From assembly GCA_964536615.1 (NCBI GenBank), contig CAZHYG010000002.1, positions 45,000 to 108,999 on the forward strand: a stretch of 64,000 nt of DNA. Reading direction: 5' to 3'. The notes under the pieces are model-generated. The model saw nothing but the letters and a program-made list of their open reading frames with translations. It did not search any database and was not told the origin of the DNA. The first letter of the stretch is position 1. Every line of letters begins with the position of its first letter. The translations under genes were made by a program, and so were the position numbers. The stretch comes from an uncultured Gammaproteobacteria bacterium. GTDB lineage: Bacteria; Patescibacteriota; Patescibacteriia; Magasanikbacterales; GWA2-37-8. This document shows positions 30,166-39,978 of the stretch, in pieces.

Positions 30166-30696
30166 ATGAGCAAGTCGTCCGTCAACAAGACCGCCGCGCT
30201 CGTGCGCGGCATCGTCCTGAGCATCCTCGTGATGCTCACCACCCTCCTCGCCGCCTGCGGCGGCGAGGACGACCCCATCGGCGACGCCACCACGTCGCCT
30301 GACGGCCCCGTCCAGCTGGACGGCGGCATCGACGCCATGTCGCCCCCCGATGCGCCGCAGCTGGACGTGTGCCAGCAACAGGACCCCCCTCCCCAGGGGG
30401 CGTACGTGATGAACGGAAAGAGCCTGCGGTGTGGCGCAAACGCCATGCCTGGAGACCACAACTCGTGGATCTTCGCCGGCTCCTCGGAGTTCTCCTGCAA
30501 CCTCGATGTCCACCCGGACACCGAAACGGGCGCAATTTGCGTCGTTCTGTGTGATGGGCACTTCGGCGCAGACTACACCAACCTGGTGGTGGAACGAGCG
30601 GGACTCCAAGGCCCCTACCGCTTCTACTACACCCCGCCGGGAGACGTGATGGAGTACGTGTGCTACGATCCGAGTACGCTCCCGTCTCAGTCGTAA
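30166..30696 (+). CDS. GC-rich predicted lipoprotein (foreign codon usage)
   Basis: AGGAG SD at 30155-30159; lipobox LLAAC; D/P-rich linker; 5 further Cys; the first 44 codons all end in G/C. Confidence 0.8.
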   Translation: MSKSSVNKTAALVRGIVLSILVMLTTLLAACGGEDDPIGDATTSPDGPVQLDGGIDAMSPPDAPQLDVCQQQDPPPQGAYVMNGKSLRCGANAMPGDHNSWIFAGSSEFSCNLDVHPDTETGAICVVLCDGHFGADYTNLVVERAGLQGPYRFYYTPPGDVMEYVCYDPSTLPSQS

Positions 30697-30701
30697 CTTT
30701 T

Positions 30702-30800
30702 GGGGCAGCTATCCGCGCTGCCCCGATCCGCTTAGTAGAAAAATAATTTTCTATTGAGCAAAATAAAAAATCGTTGTGTAATACAACGATTTTTTATTTT
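30702..30800. terminator. Three tandem hairpins ending in a bidirectional terminator
   Basis: GGGGCAGC/GCTGCCCC (30702-30724); GCTTAGTAGAAAA/TTTTCTATTGAGC (30730-30759); AAAATAAAAAATCGTTG/CAACGATTTTTTATTTT (30760-30800). Confidence 0.75.
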
Positions 30801-30812
30801 TAAAATATTATT

Positions 30813-33800
30813 TTAATTTGGCGTTACAACAACCTGCCCCGCAAATGGGGTGTACGCACCAATATTATCTTCACACTCATACTGAGGTATTGCGCCAACA
30901 GATCTATCGTAACACCCAACCCCACCTGAAGTTCCAGCAGATCCACAACTTCCATTACACCAACCCCAGTTATCTTTCAACTGTACAGCTGGTTTGAAGA
31001 CACAACATCCGCCATATAATGATTGGGTTTGCGCATCCGGACAAGTATTAGTCCAGCCGGTACCGTCGCGCGTACATTGATACACATGATCAAAACGGAA
31101 ATAGGCAGAGTCGCAAGTTTGTCCGATAATCTGACCAAAGCTTGGCGCCTTGCTTTCGGCTACACAATTATCCAAATACAAACAATCACTGCCCGACGAA
31201 CAATTTTTTCCGGTATCCAAATCGTATACACCTGCCGCGCCGGAAGAAATCATACACGTACCGCTGCTGCCGCAAATACCATTTACCGTACCGCGTTGAT
31301 TGCGGAAATAACCATCTAACGAAACTATATTGCCATCATTCCAGTCTAACTTAATTTTTTTCAACGGCATCTGATTTTTATCGGCAAAACCATAAAACTT
31401 AGCATTTACTACACCCACATTGGAACTAAACACAACATTACCGCTCGTTTTATCATTAACACTTATACCAGCGCTTAAACCTTCCAAACATTTACCTCCC
31501 GGCTTACAGGTGCCGAGCGGACGCACTTGCGGCGCGCGGTCTGGTGAAGATAATGTTTCGGTAAGATCATACGGACGAACCGCAGATGCATCACCAGCCG
31601 GCAACACACTGCTTATTTGCGTATTATTTTTATAGAAGAAGCCAGCAGATGGTGTCGAGCTAAGAGTCCAGTTCCATACACTGCTAATTTTGGCAAAAAT
31701 TTGCGAGAGGCTTGATTGCGCATCATCAAAATTACGCCCTGAAGCTTGGCCGGTTTGATCGGCGCGCGCGGAAGGATTTGTTTGCAAACAATTTCTGTCG
31801 GTACAAGCGTATGGAGAACCGACCGTTGCTGCAGGCAAAGCCGGAGTTGCGGCCGCATAATGAGAAAAAATTGAAATCAACTGATCCGGAACAAGCAAAC
31901 CTTGCATTGAGACACTGCCAAATGGTGAACCTGCTAAATTATTTTTATAATTTAATCCGGATGGATCTACGGCAAAATTACTTCTCTTCCACAAACGATC
32001 TGTCCAACCGACCGAAGTATATGGCGCATCTTTGGCTGTTTGCGCCACACTGGCACATGTTTCACGAAGACCCGCATATACATTAAATGTAGCATTTTCA
32101 AAATCAGTGCTTTCACCAGTAAAACAAACCAAACTTACATGATCAAGTTTTCCGCTCGCATCAAACATAGCTCGTATCGCACAACCATCATCATTATCAT
32201 CAACATTTTCATGTAAACAATTAGTTTGATAGTTATCGGCTCTTTCCACATCAACACTTCCACAATCTGCGCGAAGTAAATCTCTAAACTGAACTGCTGT
32301 TGTATCATACGGATCCGCATATTGATAATGCGGCAATGAAACCACGTCGCCCTGGCCATCATCCCATCGCATATACCACGCGCTTTTATCACGGCCATCA
32401 GACCAAACTTCTTGTCCGATATTTAACCCCGTTGCCTCTCCTGCAAATAACAACGATGAGTCGTTAACAAGATCTAAATTTGAACCATTGCCTGTAAAAA
32501 CTTGAGTTTGATTTGTATACTTACTTACATATCCATTTCTGATAAAAAATTTATTTGTACCATTAGGGAACCAGTCCGAATTTCCAGTTGCAGAAATCAA
32601 CAAATAATCAATTTCATCTCTGTAAACGGGCGTGCTAGCATTAACGGTCAACACCCTAATAGTACGATCATTTATCTGGTCGCTTTTTACCTCTTTGGTG
32701 CCTAATAATTTATCATAAATGGCAACATCACTACCCAACACACTTGTTACTGTTTGATTGCCTTTAGCATTTAAACAGTAGTATTTACCGGAGGCCTCAG
32801 TTGCTTGAAAACCAGCTTCCACATGCTGATTATTTATATCTAAAGCACCTGTAATACTGTCTTTAGGGAACCAGGTAAGACAAGCAAAACTTCCTTGTTC
32901 AGCATTTATCGGACGCGACAGATCTGGTTCAACGCAATATCCTTGCCAGCCAATGAGTTTGGACTGCTTCTTTAATTTTTGGCAAGTGCCGCCAGAACAA
33001 TCGCTATCAGTTGAACATACCTGATCAGCGTTATCTCCACCCACACAAATACCCGGCACAACACTCTTAAATATTTGCCCACTGCCACCAGCAATGCCCT
33101 GGCTATTCGGGTTATTGAAATTCCAATATCTTGTGAACGAATCACCGTATGATGCTTTGGTGTAACTACACTCGCAAGCATATGCCTTATCTCTGTCGGT
33201 GGTAGAGGTTGGCGATTCAGCACAGACGTTAACCGAGTTAAACAAGACTGAATTTTCTATATTGCTTGTATTTGGGAACGGGGATGTCTCCTCTGGATAC
33301 GCTCGGCAAGATGGCGAGATTGATTGACGAGGAGCGTTACTGGAAGCGTCATCTAAATTTTGCACACAGACTGGATTGCCTGCTCCCATACACACACCAA
33401 TGTTACTTCGACCGCAGGCCAGACCAACTGCATTTGATTTGCAGGCAGTGTTGTTTGGATTTGTGGTTTTACAATTTGCACCGCCGCCACAACCCATAGT
33501 TTTTGCCAAACGCCAATCGGTGTTTGTAGCACTGCCAACATTAACTTCGGATAATTCTTCCAACGGGAATGTATTTAAAATACTAAAGCCGCTAAAATCT
33601 TCTCCGCGCCAATCGGTACTTCGGTTGCGATACGCTGTTTCGGTCAATACTTGACCGCTCAAATCATGGGAATTATCAACCCAATTTGCACAATTAATAA
33701 GGCCATTACCTGTGGAACCTGAAACCTTATTACACCTTCCCACATCGTCACAAACCTCTTTATATGTGCCAGATTGGGGATCGAACACGCGATGCGAAGA

Positions 33801-36800
33801 TCGACACTGCAACCATTCGCCGCATTCTCTATCTCTACTTACTTTCAAAACTACATTAGCATCATTGACGGACGATCCTGAACCAGCAACCGGAGCAACC
33901 AATTCGCCATTTTGCGCTGTGCTGGCCGCATACGAAGCAGCTGTATTCCATAATTTATTTGGAGAATCTGTTTTATCAAACAAAACACAACCATTTTTTT
34001 CACTTACCTGGCCATTACATTGAGTCTGTTGCGATTTTAACTTATCGTCATTTATTAAATAATAAGTTTTATTATTTTCATTTCTGTCAATAAATTCGGT
34101 ACATCCGCTTTGCGCTGCGGCACATTCACCAACAAAATTACTGTATCTACCACTGTCACCATACGACCATAAGCCGTAATTATTGCCGGATTGCAGATAG
34201 CTTGGATAGCAAGCTTGCTCCCCCTTTCCCTGACATGTCGCGCCGCCTGTACAATCACTATCCGAAGAACATAATGCGGAACCTGACGATCCGCCGCCTT
34301 GGCAAACACCCACATCTTTCCAAAACCAACCATTATATTTAACACCATCTTTTACAACATTTTCTTTATAGGCACAAACTTTTTGACCGATAACTGCCGG
34401 ATCCTTAAAGAACAAAGATCCATTTGCCGAAGAATATGCGTTACATCCAACAGCCTCACTCTGACACAATGTTGTATCAAATGAAGCCGGATCTTTCTTA
34501 ATAAATACATCAGTATACACAGGTCCGGTCGGAGTTTCGGTAACTTTTCCGGCTTTGGAACAACCGACATCTACTGCGTTACAGGTTGTATTTCTGCTTG
34601 CAACCAAATATATTGGTGATGAAGTTGGTGTATCTGCTTGCACATACACAGTTGATGTGGAAACTACTCCGCCACCAGCAGTAATTTGAGCAATCGTAAT
34701 GCCGGTGGTATTAACATAACAACCGCTTTGGCCTAGCGCAACCTGGCATGTATATGAGGTTCCACCCATAATCTTTGTAACTGTTTGACCTTCCGGACCT
34801 GACAACCAAACATTATATGCGCGCGGTCCAGGATCATCAGGTGTATTGGCTGTATCAAAGAGAGCAGTGCAACCGATAGCATTTTCACGGCACAGCGAGG
34901 TGAAACCTGTTAAATATATTGAATTATTATCAGGTGTCTTGTATTGAGAGCAGCCAAGTGCTTCTCCTGGCAAGTTATCATTAACATTACTGTCGCATAC
35001 CGGATCAACTTTGAGCGTATTTTTTACCACATATATGTAATCGGAAATTTCTTTGAGGCTGACATTGTCTAAGAATAAACGGCCATTGACTATAAATTTA
35101 AGCTGAGTACTGCTAGCAGAGCCATTTAACTCTACTGGACCAAGATGATAGCTTTGCCAACTATCACCAACACTTACCGTACCCAGAGTTTGCACACTGT
35201 CATTTTCAAGAGTAACGGTTACTGTTTCTCCGGCAGATCCTTTTGCCCAGAAAACCAAATCATAACTTTGACCAGGCGTGAGAGATACGGTTTTAGATAC
35301 GAACTGTGAGCCCGTATATGACAATGAATGTTCGCCGGTGTGGGTTGATTCTAAAGATTGAGTTACTCCGTTAGCGCTCCAACCTGATAGAGCATCGCTT
35401 AATACTGACTGCTCAAAATTATTACTAAAAATATTGCGAACGTTATTGCCAGTATTGCCTTTGTACGCCCGACATGAACTTACTGTGGCTGCACAGGTCT
35501 TACTGGTTCCAGCCACATCTTGAGCACCGCCTGGCAAACCATAATAGAAACATTGCCCATCTCTATATTCACCGTTTTGGAAACATACTTGGCAAGTTTG
35601 CGTACCTGCATCAAATTTACCTTTATCCAAATCACATTTATCTTGACTTGAAGCTACTGTTTCCATTTCCGTGTCATTTAACCGATACGGAGTACACATG
35701 GTAGAAACCGTAATGGTTTTTGACAGCAATTTATAATAAACCTGTCCAGCATCATCGTTAAACTGCCGGCAATCCGGACTGGCTAGACCTGACTTATATA
35801 AAGACTCATTACATACTGCATCATAATCTTCTAACAAACGACTGCTGCGATAAAAATACTTTGGACTGCCATCAGAGTCTTGCTCCAACACAAATGATTT
35901 CAGTTGAAAACCGCCAACTGCAGAACCTTCGTAGGTATAAAATTTCTTTTGTTTGTTTGCGTCAGGCAAAATACATGGACGCAAATATGAGAAGTGCTCT
36001 ACTTTTTCCACGCCATTATTTGTATCACCTAAGTTGGTAAAGCTGGCACAACCTTCGTCAGCAGCGCTACATGCTGCGCCAGATGATGGGATAATATAGG
36101 CAACAGATTGGCCGCTAGAATAGCTGCTTGGCATTTCTTTGTATGCGCTATACCCGACACATCGAGCATCACATTGATCATTCCAAACAATTGCATCGTT
36201 TACAATTTGCGCAGGAGTAAATTTACCCGGAATACGATCTCCGCTATAGCTAGTCGGCTGATACCAGTTACAACTTACTTCATCGGCAATACATGCCGGG
36301 GCATAACTGCTGCATTCTGGTTTTGTTCCTAATTTATTCAAATCACTTGCGCTACGAGGCCAATCTACCGCAAGTGTTGATGTGTCTGTGTCATAACACT
36401 GAGCGTAATATGGCGCCTTCCGCAAATACAAATTATCTGCGGTACTGGCTGTTTTAAACGCACTACAACCATCTGAGTTGGCCGAACAATTTGTAGAAAC
36501 TTTATTATTAAAATAAATAACCGAATTTTCACCGCTGTTTATATCTGCCGGAGAGTAACCAGTCCATTGCCCCGAAGCATTCTTCTTTAAACTATACGCA
36601 GAGCAACCTACGGTATCTTGCGTACAAAAACCAGTATCCAACGTGCGATAGAGATAGCTGACGGTGACCCCATTGGCGTTTTGAAATGATTGGCAAGTGC
36701 GATACTGCGCATCGCATTTATTTGCATCAACTTTCCAAACATTTTTTTCTCTGGTGCAGTAACCTTGAGTGGCACAATTACCGTCTTTATCATAAGCGAC

Positions 36801-38426
36801 ACACGTGGTCATATCTACACATTCTTGGGTGCGATTAGCTGTGCCAGATAAAGCAGCTGGTGTAGAACCAAACGCCATAAAATTACAGGTGGCTGGAGGT
36901 GCTTTGATAACCCAGTTTGGATCAATGAGGTGACAGAATGGTTTATTTACAGGATCATTATCTACACCCACCACATTGCCATTTACGTCTTTAATAAAAT
37001 TACAGTCATTAAAACCATCAACCACTTGCTTGAGAGTCCAAGGCTTATCCGGATTGCTGTTTAACGTAGCGACCTCAAACCCAAGCGGCAAAATCCGCGC
37101 CTTACGCAATTTGGCAATGTTAGCATAACAATATGCGCGCTGATGACAGCTCGTGTCAGTGTTATCAGCGATGCGATCCGGGGACACAAGCTTCCATTCT
37201 CCGTGAAGCCAATTTTTTTCAATTGCTTCTCTTATAGTGACGGCCTTACCGACATTTGCTTCCTGTGCTGCTTGAGCTAACCCATTGTCTGCCACACAAT
37301 TTTCTGCGCTTGGGTTTGCTGGGCAGTTAGTGAAATTCAATAATAAATTATACTGATCAACACGCAGGTTAGGAGGGGTGAGCAGATCACTAAACAAAGC
37401 CTGCGCGGATTGTCTTCCGCCTCTGCCTAATTGACCTTCCAAACTACTAAGCGTATCTTGCAAAGTTTTACACCCTTCTCCACCCACACCGCCCACACAA
37501 ATTCCAAGAGGTAGCATGCCTTTTTCTTGCCAATTTTTTAACATCTGAGAAGCGAGCGTGTTGAAAAATAAAGAACCTGCGCTGGCAATACTGCCAATCG
37601 CTCCAGTGCCTAATGTGGCAAAAAATCCCGCTTCAGCAGATTTCTTTTGCTCGCTCGGATTTTGCGACTGCGCTTCTTCCGCAATATTTTTTGCCGGTGT
37701 TACAATCTCTCCCGAAATAAGAGTTGTTTTTGGATTGTACCCATCCCCCTCTTCGCGCTGCAGCTTAGCAGCTTCTGTTTGTTGAGCCACATAGTTATCA
37801 ATTTTTTCTGTGGCGCTAAGCAAAATACCCACATCTGTCTGCTCTAAAGAAAAAGCAACATTAAATTTACGGGCAATATCATCTGTGGAACCAAATTGAC
37901 TCTGCCAATTGCTGGCGCTTAACACTTCATTTTGAAAAGTTGACCAAGTACAAGTAGGTTTATTAACTCCTTGGGTTTGTGTATTAAGATTCGTATTAAG
38001 ATCCAAATATTTACGCGTCAAACCAATACGCATGGCCAAATCTATTTTTGGATCTGGGATTTTACATAAATTGAGGCCGTATGGAGAACCTAAAGCCTCA
38101 ATAGCCACACCGGCTGCATTATCCCCCACATCTTTCATGTAACTGCCGAAGTCTTTATATTGCGCGAACGGAGACTGGCCTTTATTGCCTGAGGCCAACC
38201 AAACAGCAGTATCATATGCAACTCGACGTAAAAAATATGAAAAAGACTGAATCGCAATATTTACCGCAGCGGTTTTAATAAAGCGTTCCGCCAAACTTGG
38301 TAAATCAGAAATAACTTCTACCGGGATTGCTTTGGCTGGACGAACATATAAAAACGAACCACCTACGCTTACAAATACAAAAATAAATAAAAGTATTTTA
38401 GTTGCGATTCTTTGAAACTTTGACAT
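30813..38426 (-). CDS. Giant (2537 aa) exported cysteine-rich protein with a CBM4/9-like domain
   Basis: Signal-like N-terminus ending PAKA, very many Cys, repeated C..D.DC..G.C motifs, and a NNFEQ...GW...TGEHSL...GQSYDLVFWAKG beta-sandwich. Confidence 0.85.
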   Translation of the reverse strand: MSKFQRIATKILLFIFVFVSVGGSFLYVRPAKAIPVEVISDLPSLAERFIKTAAVNIAIQSFSYFLRRVAYDTAVWLASGNKGQSPFAQYKDFGSYMKDVGDNAAGVAIEALGSPYGLNLCKIPDPKIDLAMRIGLTRKYLDLNTNLNTQTQGVNKPTCTWSTFQNEVLSASNWQSQFGSTDDIARKFNVAFSLEQTDVGILLSATEKIDNYVAQQTEAAKLQREEGDGYNPKTTLISGEIVTPAKNIAEEAQSQNPSEQKKSAEAGFFATLGTGAIGSIASAGSLFFNTLASQMLKNWQEKGMLPLGICVGGVGGEGCKTLQDTLSSLEGQLGRGGRQSAQALFSDLLTPPNLRVDQYNLLLNFTNCPANPSAENCVADNGLAQAAQEANVGKAVTIREAIEKNWLHGEWKLVSPDRIADNTDTSCHQRAYCYANIAKLRKARILPLGFEVATLNSNPDKPWTLKQVVDGFNDCNFIKDVNGNVVGVDNDPVNKPFCHLIDPNWVIKAPPATCNFMAFGSTPAALSGTANRTQECVDMTTCVAYDKDGNCATQGYCTREKNVWKVDANKCDAQYRTCQSFQNANGVTVSYLYRTLDTGFCTQDTVGCSAYSLKKNASGQWTGYSPADINSGENSVIYFNNKVSTNCSANSDGCSAFKTASTADNLYLRKAPYYAQCYDTDTSTLAVDWPRSASDLNKLGTKPECSSYAPACIADEVSCNWYQPTSYSGDRIPGKFTPAQIVNDAIVWNDQCDARCVGYSAYKEMPSSYSSGQSVAYIIPSSGAACSAADEGCASFTNLGDTNNGVEKVEHFSYLRPCILPDANKQKKFYTYEGSAVGGFQLKSFVLEQDSDGSPKYFYRSSRLLEDYDAVCNESLYKSGLASPDCRQFNDDAGQVYYKLLSKTITVSTMCTPYRLNDTEMETVASSQDKCDLDKGKFDAGTQTCQVCFQNGEYRDGQCFYYGLPGGAQDVAGTSKTCAATVSSCRAYKGNTGNNVRNIFSNNFEQSVLSDALSGWSANGVTQSLESTHTGEHSLSYTGSQFVSKTVSLTPGQSYDLVFWAKGSAGETVTVTLENDSVQTLGTVSVGDSWQSYHLGPVELNGSASSTQLKFIVNGRLFLDNVSLKEISDYIYVVKNTLKVDPVCDSNVNDNLPGEALGCSQYKTPDNNSIYLTGFTSLCRENAIGCTALFDTANTPDDPGPRAYNVWLSGPEGQTVTKIMGGTSYTCQVALGQSGCYVNTTGITIAQITAGGGVVSTSTVYVQADTPTSSPIYLVASRNTTCNAVDVGCSKAGKVTETPTGPVYTDVFIKKDPASFDTTLCQSEAVGCNAYSSANGSLFFKDPAVIGQKVCAYKENVVKDGVKYNGWFWKDVGVCQGGGSSGSALCSSDSDCTGGATCQGKGEQACYPSYLQSGNNYGLWSYGDSGRYSNFVGECAAAQSGCTEFIDRNENNKTYYLINDDKLKSQQTQCNGQVSEKNGCVLFDKTDSPNKLWNTAASYAASTAQNGELVAPVAGSGSSVNDANVVLKVSRDRECGEWLQCRSSHRVFDPQSGTYKEVCDDVGRCNKVSGSTGNGLINCANWVDNSHDLSGQVLTETAYRNRSTDWRGEDFSGFSILNTFPLEELSEVNVGSATNTDWRLAKTMGCGGGANCKTTNPNNTACKSNAVGLACGRSNIGVCMGAGNPVCVQNLDDASSNAPRQSISPSCRAYPEETSPFPNTSNIENSVLFNSVNVCAESPTSTTDRDKAYACECSYTKASYGDSFTRYWNFNNPNSQGIAGGSGQIFKSVVPGICVGGDNADQVCSTDSDCSGGTCQKLKKQSKLIGWQGYCVEPDLSRPINAEQGSFACLTWFPKDSITGALDINNQHVEAGFQATEASGKYYCLNAKGNQTVTSVLGSDVAIYDKLLGTKEVKSDQINDRTIRVLTVNASTPVYRDEIDYLLISATGNSDWFPNGTNKFFIRNGYVSKYTNQTQVFTGNGSNLDLVNDSSLLFAGEATGLNIGQEVWSDGRDKSAWYMRWDDGQGDVVSLPHYQYADPYDTTAVQFRDLLRADCGSVDVERADNYQTNCLHENVDDNDDGCAIRAMFDASGKLDHVSLVCFTGESTDFENATFNVYAGLRETCASVAQTAKDAPYTSVGWTDRLWKRSNFAVDPSGLNYKNNLAGSPFGSVSMQGLLVPDQLISIFSHYAAATPALPAATVGSPYACTDRNCLQTNPSARADQTGQASGRNFDDAQSSLSQIFAKISSVWNWTLSSTPSAGFFYKNNTQISSVLPAGDASAVRPYDLTETLSSPDRAPQVRPLGTCKPGGKCLEGLSAGISVNDKTSGNVVFSSNVGVVNAKFYGFADKNQMPLKKIKLDWNDGNIVSLDGYFRNQRGTVNGICGSSGTCMISSGAAGVYDLDTGKNCSSGSDCLYLDNCVAESKAPSFGQIIGQTCDSAYFRFDHVYQCTRDGTGWTNTCPDAQTQSLYGGCCVFKPAVQLKDNWGWCNGSCGSAGTSGGVGCYDRSVGAIPQYECEDNIGAYTPFAGQVVVTPN

Positions 38427-38437
38427 AGCGGCAAATT

Positions 38438-39043
38438 CTATGGATTATTGATATTGGTTGATGTTGCTGTAGCGCTCAACGCTTCTTGCACCATTTTTAT
38501 CAGATCAGCATCGGATGTTTTATCAAGTAAAGTTTTATCAAAACCGGCCTCAAGAAGCATCTTGCGAATCTGAGTTGGATTGCTGAGCATGGTTTCTAAT
38601 TCAGCCGCAGAAGGAGGCGGCCCAAGCGTGGAAGTGGCGGCTGCTACTGACGTTACTGGCGGGACACCATCACCGCTTAGAATAGAATCTGTACATGTTT
38701 GACCTTCAGGACAAGCGGGGTTAGTGCCTTTTTCAACTTCTTCTTTATCACTAATACCATCCGAATCGGTATCTTTTAAATATGGACTGGTAACATACAC
38801 ATACAACTCATCAAAATCATTAAGCCCGTCTTTATCGGTATCACGATACATCAAGCCTTCGTTGGTATCAATTTCTTCTTTGGTCGCATACGGAACATCT
38901 GAATTGAGCGCAAAAGGCGCATATAAAGTATTTCTAATTTTGAGCACTCCCAAACCAACCGCAAAAACAGCAAAAAGAGAAAGCATAAAAACACCCATCT
39001 TTTGCTGCTTGGTTAATCCTTGCTCTTCGTGCCCTTCTGGCAT
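38438..39043 (-). CDS. Membrane-anchored protein with bacterial thrombospondin type-3 (DxDxDG) Ca-binding repeats
   Basis: DTDKDGLNDFDE...TSPYLKDTDSDGISDKEEV..GTNP.CP. Confidence 0.8.
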   Translation of the reverse strand: MPEGHEEQGLTKQQKMGVFMLSLFAVFAVGLGVLKIRNTLYAPFALNSDVPYATKEEIDTNEGLMYRDTDKDGLNDFDELYVYVTSPYLKDTDSDGISDKEEVEKGTNPACPEGQTCTDSILSGDGVPPVTSVAAATSTLGPPPSAAELETMLSNPTQIRKMLLEAGFDKTLLDKTSDADLIKMVQEALSATATSTNINNP

Positions 39044-39141
39044 AAAAACTGTCGGTTAAGTATATATAGTATAACACAAGGCAAGCCATCTGAGTAATGG
39101 GGATAACTACACGGTGAAGCACAACTAAAATTTAGGTGTGT

Positions 39142-39978
39142 TTAGGAGAGAATTGCTTGGGCCAGATCACGCCATTGCTGCACTGACAGCTCTTGCGGGC
39201 GCGCTTTTGGATTGATACCTAACATTTCAAACACCTTTTCAGTCTTTTGACGCGAACAAATACCTCCAATATTTTTGATAAGCATTTTTCTACGACTCAC
39301 AAACCCGGCTTTTACAATTTTAAAAAATTGATCATCTTCCTGCGCTGACGTAGACTGCGTATGATTAATATTAATCTTTATAACCGCTGAATCCACGGCT
39401 GGCACAGGCCAAAAATATGACCGAGGTACCTGCATGACAATTTCCGGATTACCATAATACTGAACTGAAAGCGCCAATACCGACATATCACCGGCCTGCG
39501 CACAAATTCTTTCAGCAACTTCTTTTTGCACCATAAGAACCAGCACGCGCGGCTTGCAGGCTGTTTCTAAAAACTTTCTCATCACCAAAGAAGTTATCTG
39601 GTATGGAAGATTAGCAACTACCGAATACGGCTCTGTTTGCAACACTGCTTGCTTCTCAAGTTCATACAGCACATTCCCCCACACAATTTCTATATTTTTA
39701 TATTGTTTCTGCAAACCATTCCAGTATGGTGTTAATTTTTTTTCAATTTCAAACGCAATAACCTGCTTGGCTTTTTCCGCCAAAGCAAGTGTTAACACTC
39801 CAAAACCAGGACCGACCTCTACAACCATATCATCTTTTGCAACCTCGCCAGCTTCCACCATCGCGGCAATCACCTCGGGTTGTAATAAAAAATTCTGGCC
39901 GTATTTTTTGGACGGAACCAAGCCATATTTTTGAGACAAGCTTTTTAAATATGATTCGTTATACAGCTGGAGTTGCAT
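39142..39978 (-). CDS. rsmA: 16S rRNA dimethyladenosine transferase RsmA/KsgA
   Basis: KKYGQNFL, EVGPGFG.LT, VVANLPYQIT, MVQKEVAER, P.P.VDSAV. Confidence 0.95.
   Translation of the reverse strand: MQLQLYNESYLKSLSQKYGLVPSKKYGQNFLLQPEVIAAMVEAGEVAKDDMVVEVGPGFGVLTLALAEKAKQVIAFEIEKKLTPYWNGLQKQYKNIEIVWGNVLYELEKQAVLQTEPYSVVANLPYQITSLVMRKFLETACKPRVLVLMVQKEVAERICAQAGDMSVLALSVQYYGNPEIVMQVPRSYFWPVPAVDSAVIKININHTQSTSAQEDDQFFKIVKAGFVSRRKMLIKNIGGICSRQKTEKVFEMLGINPKARPQELSVQQWRDLAQAILS

Noticed and set aside
30063-30649. Several overlapping alternative ORFs in the GC-rich island
   Set aside because: Expected from stop-codon scarcity in GC-rich DNA; only 30166-30696 has an SD, a lipobox and G/C third-position bias.
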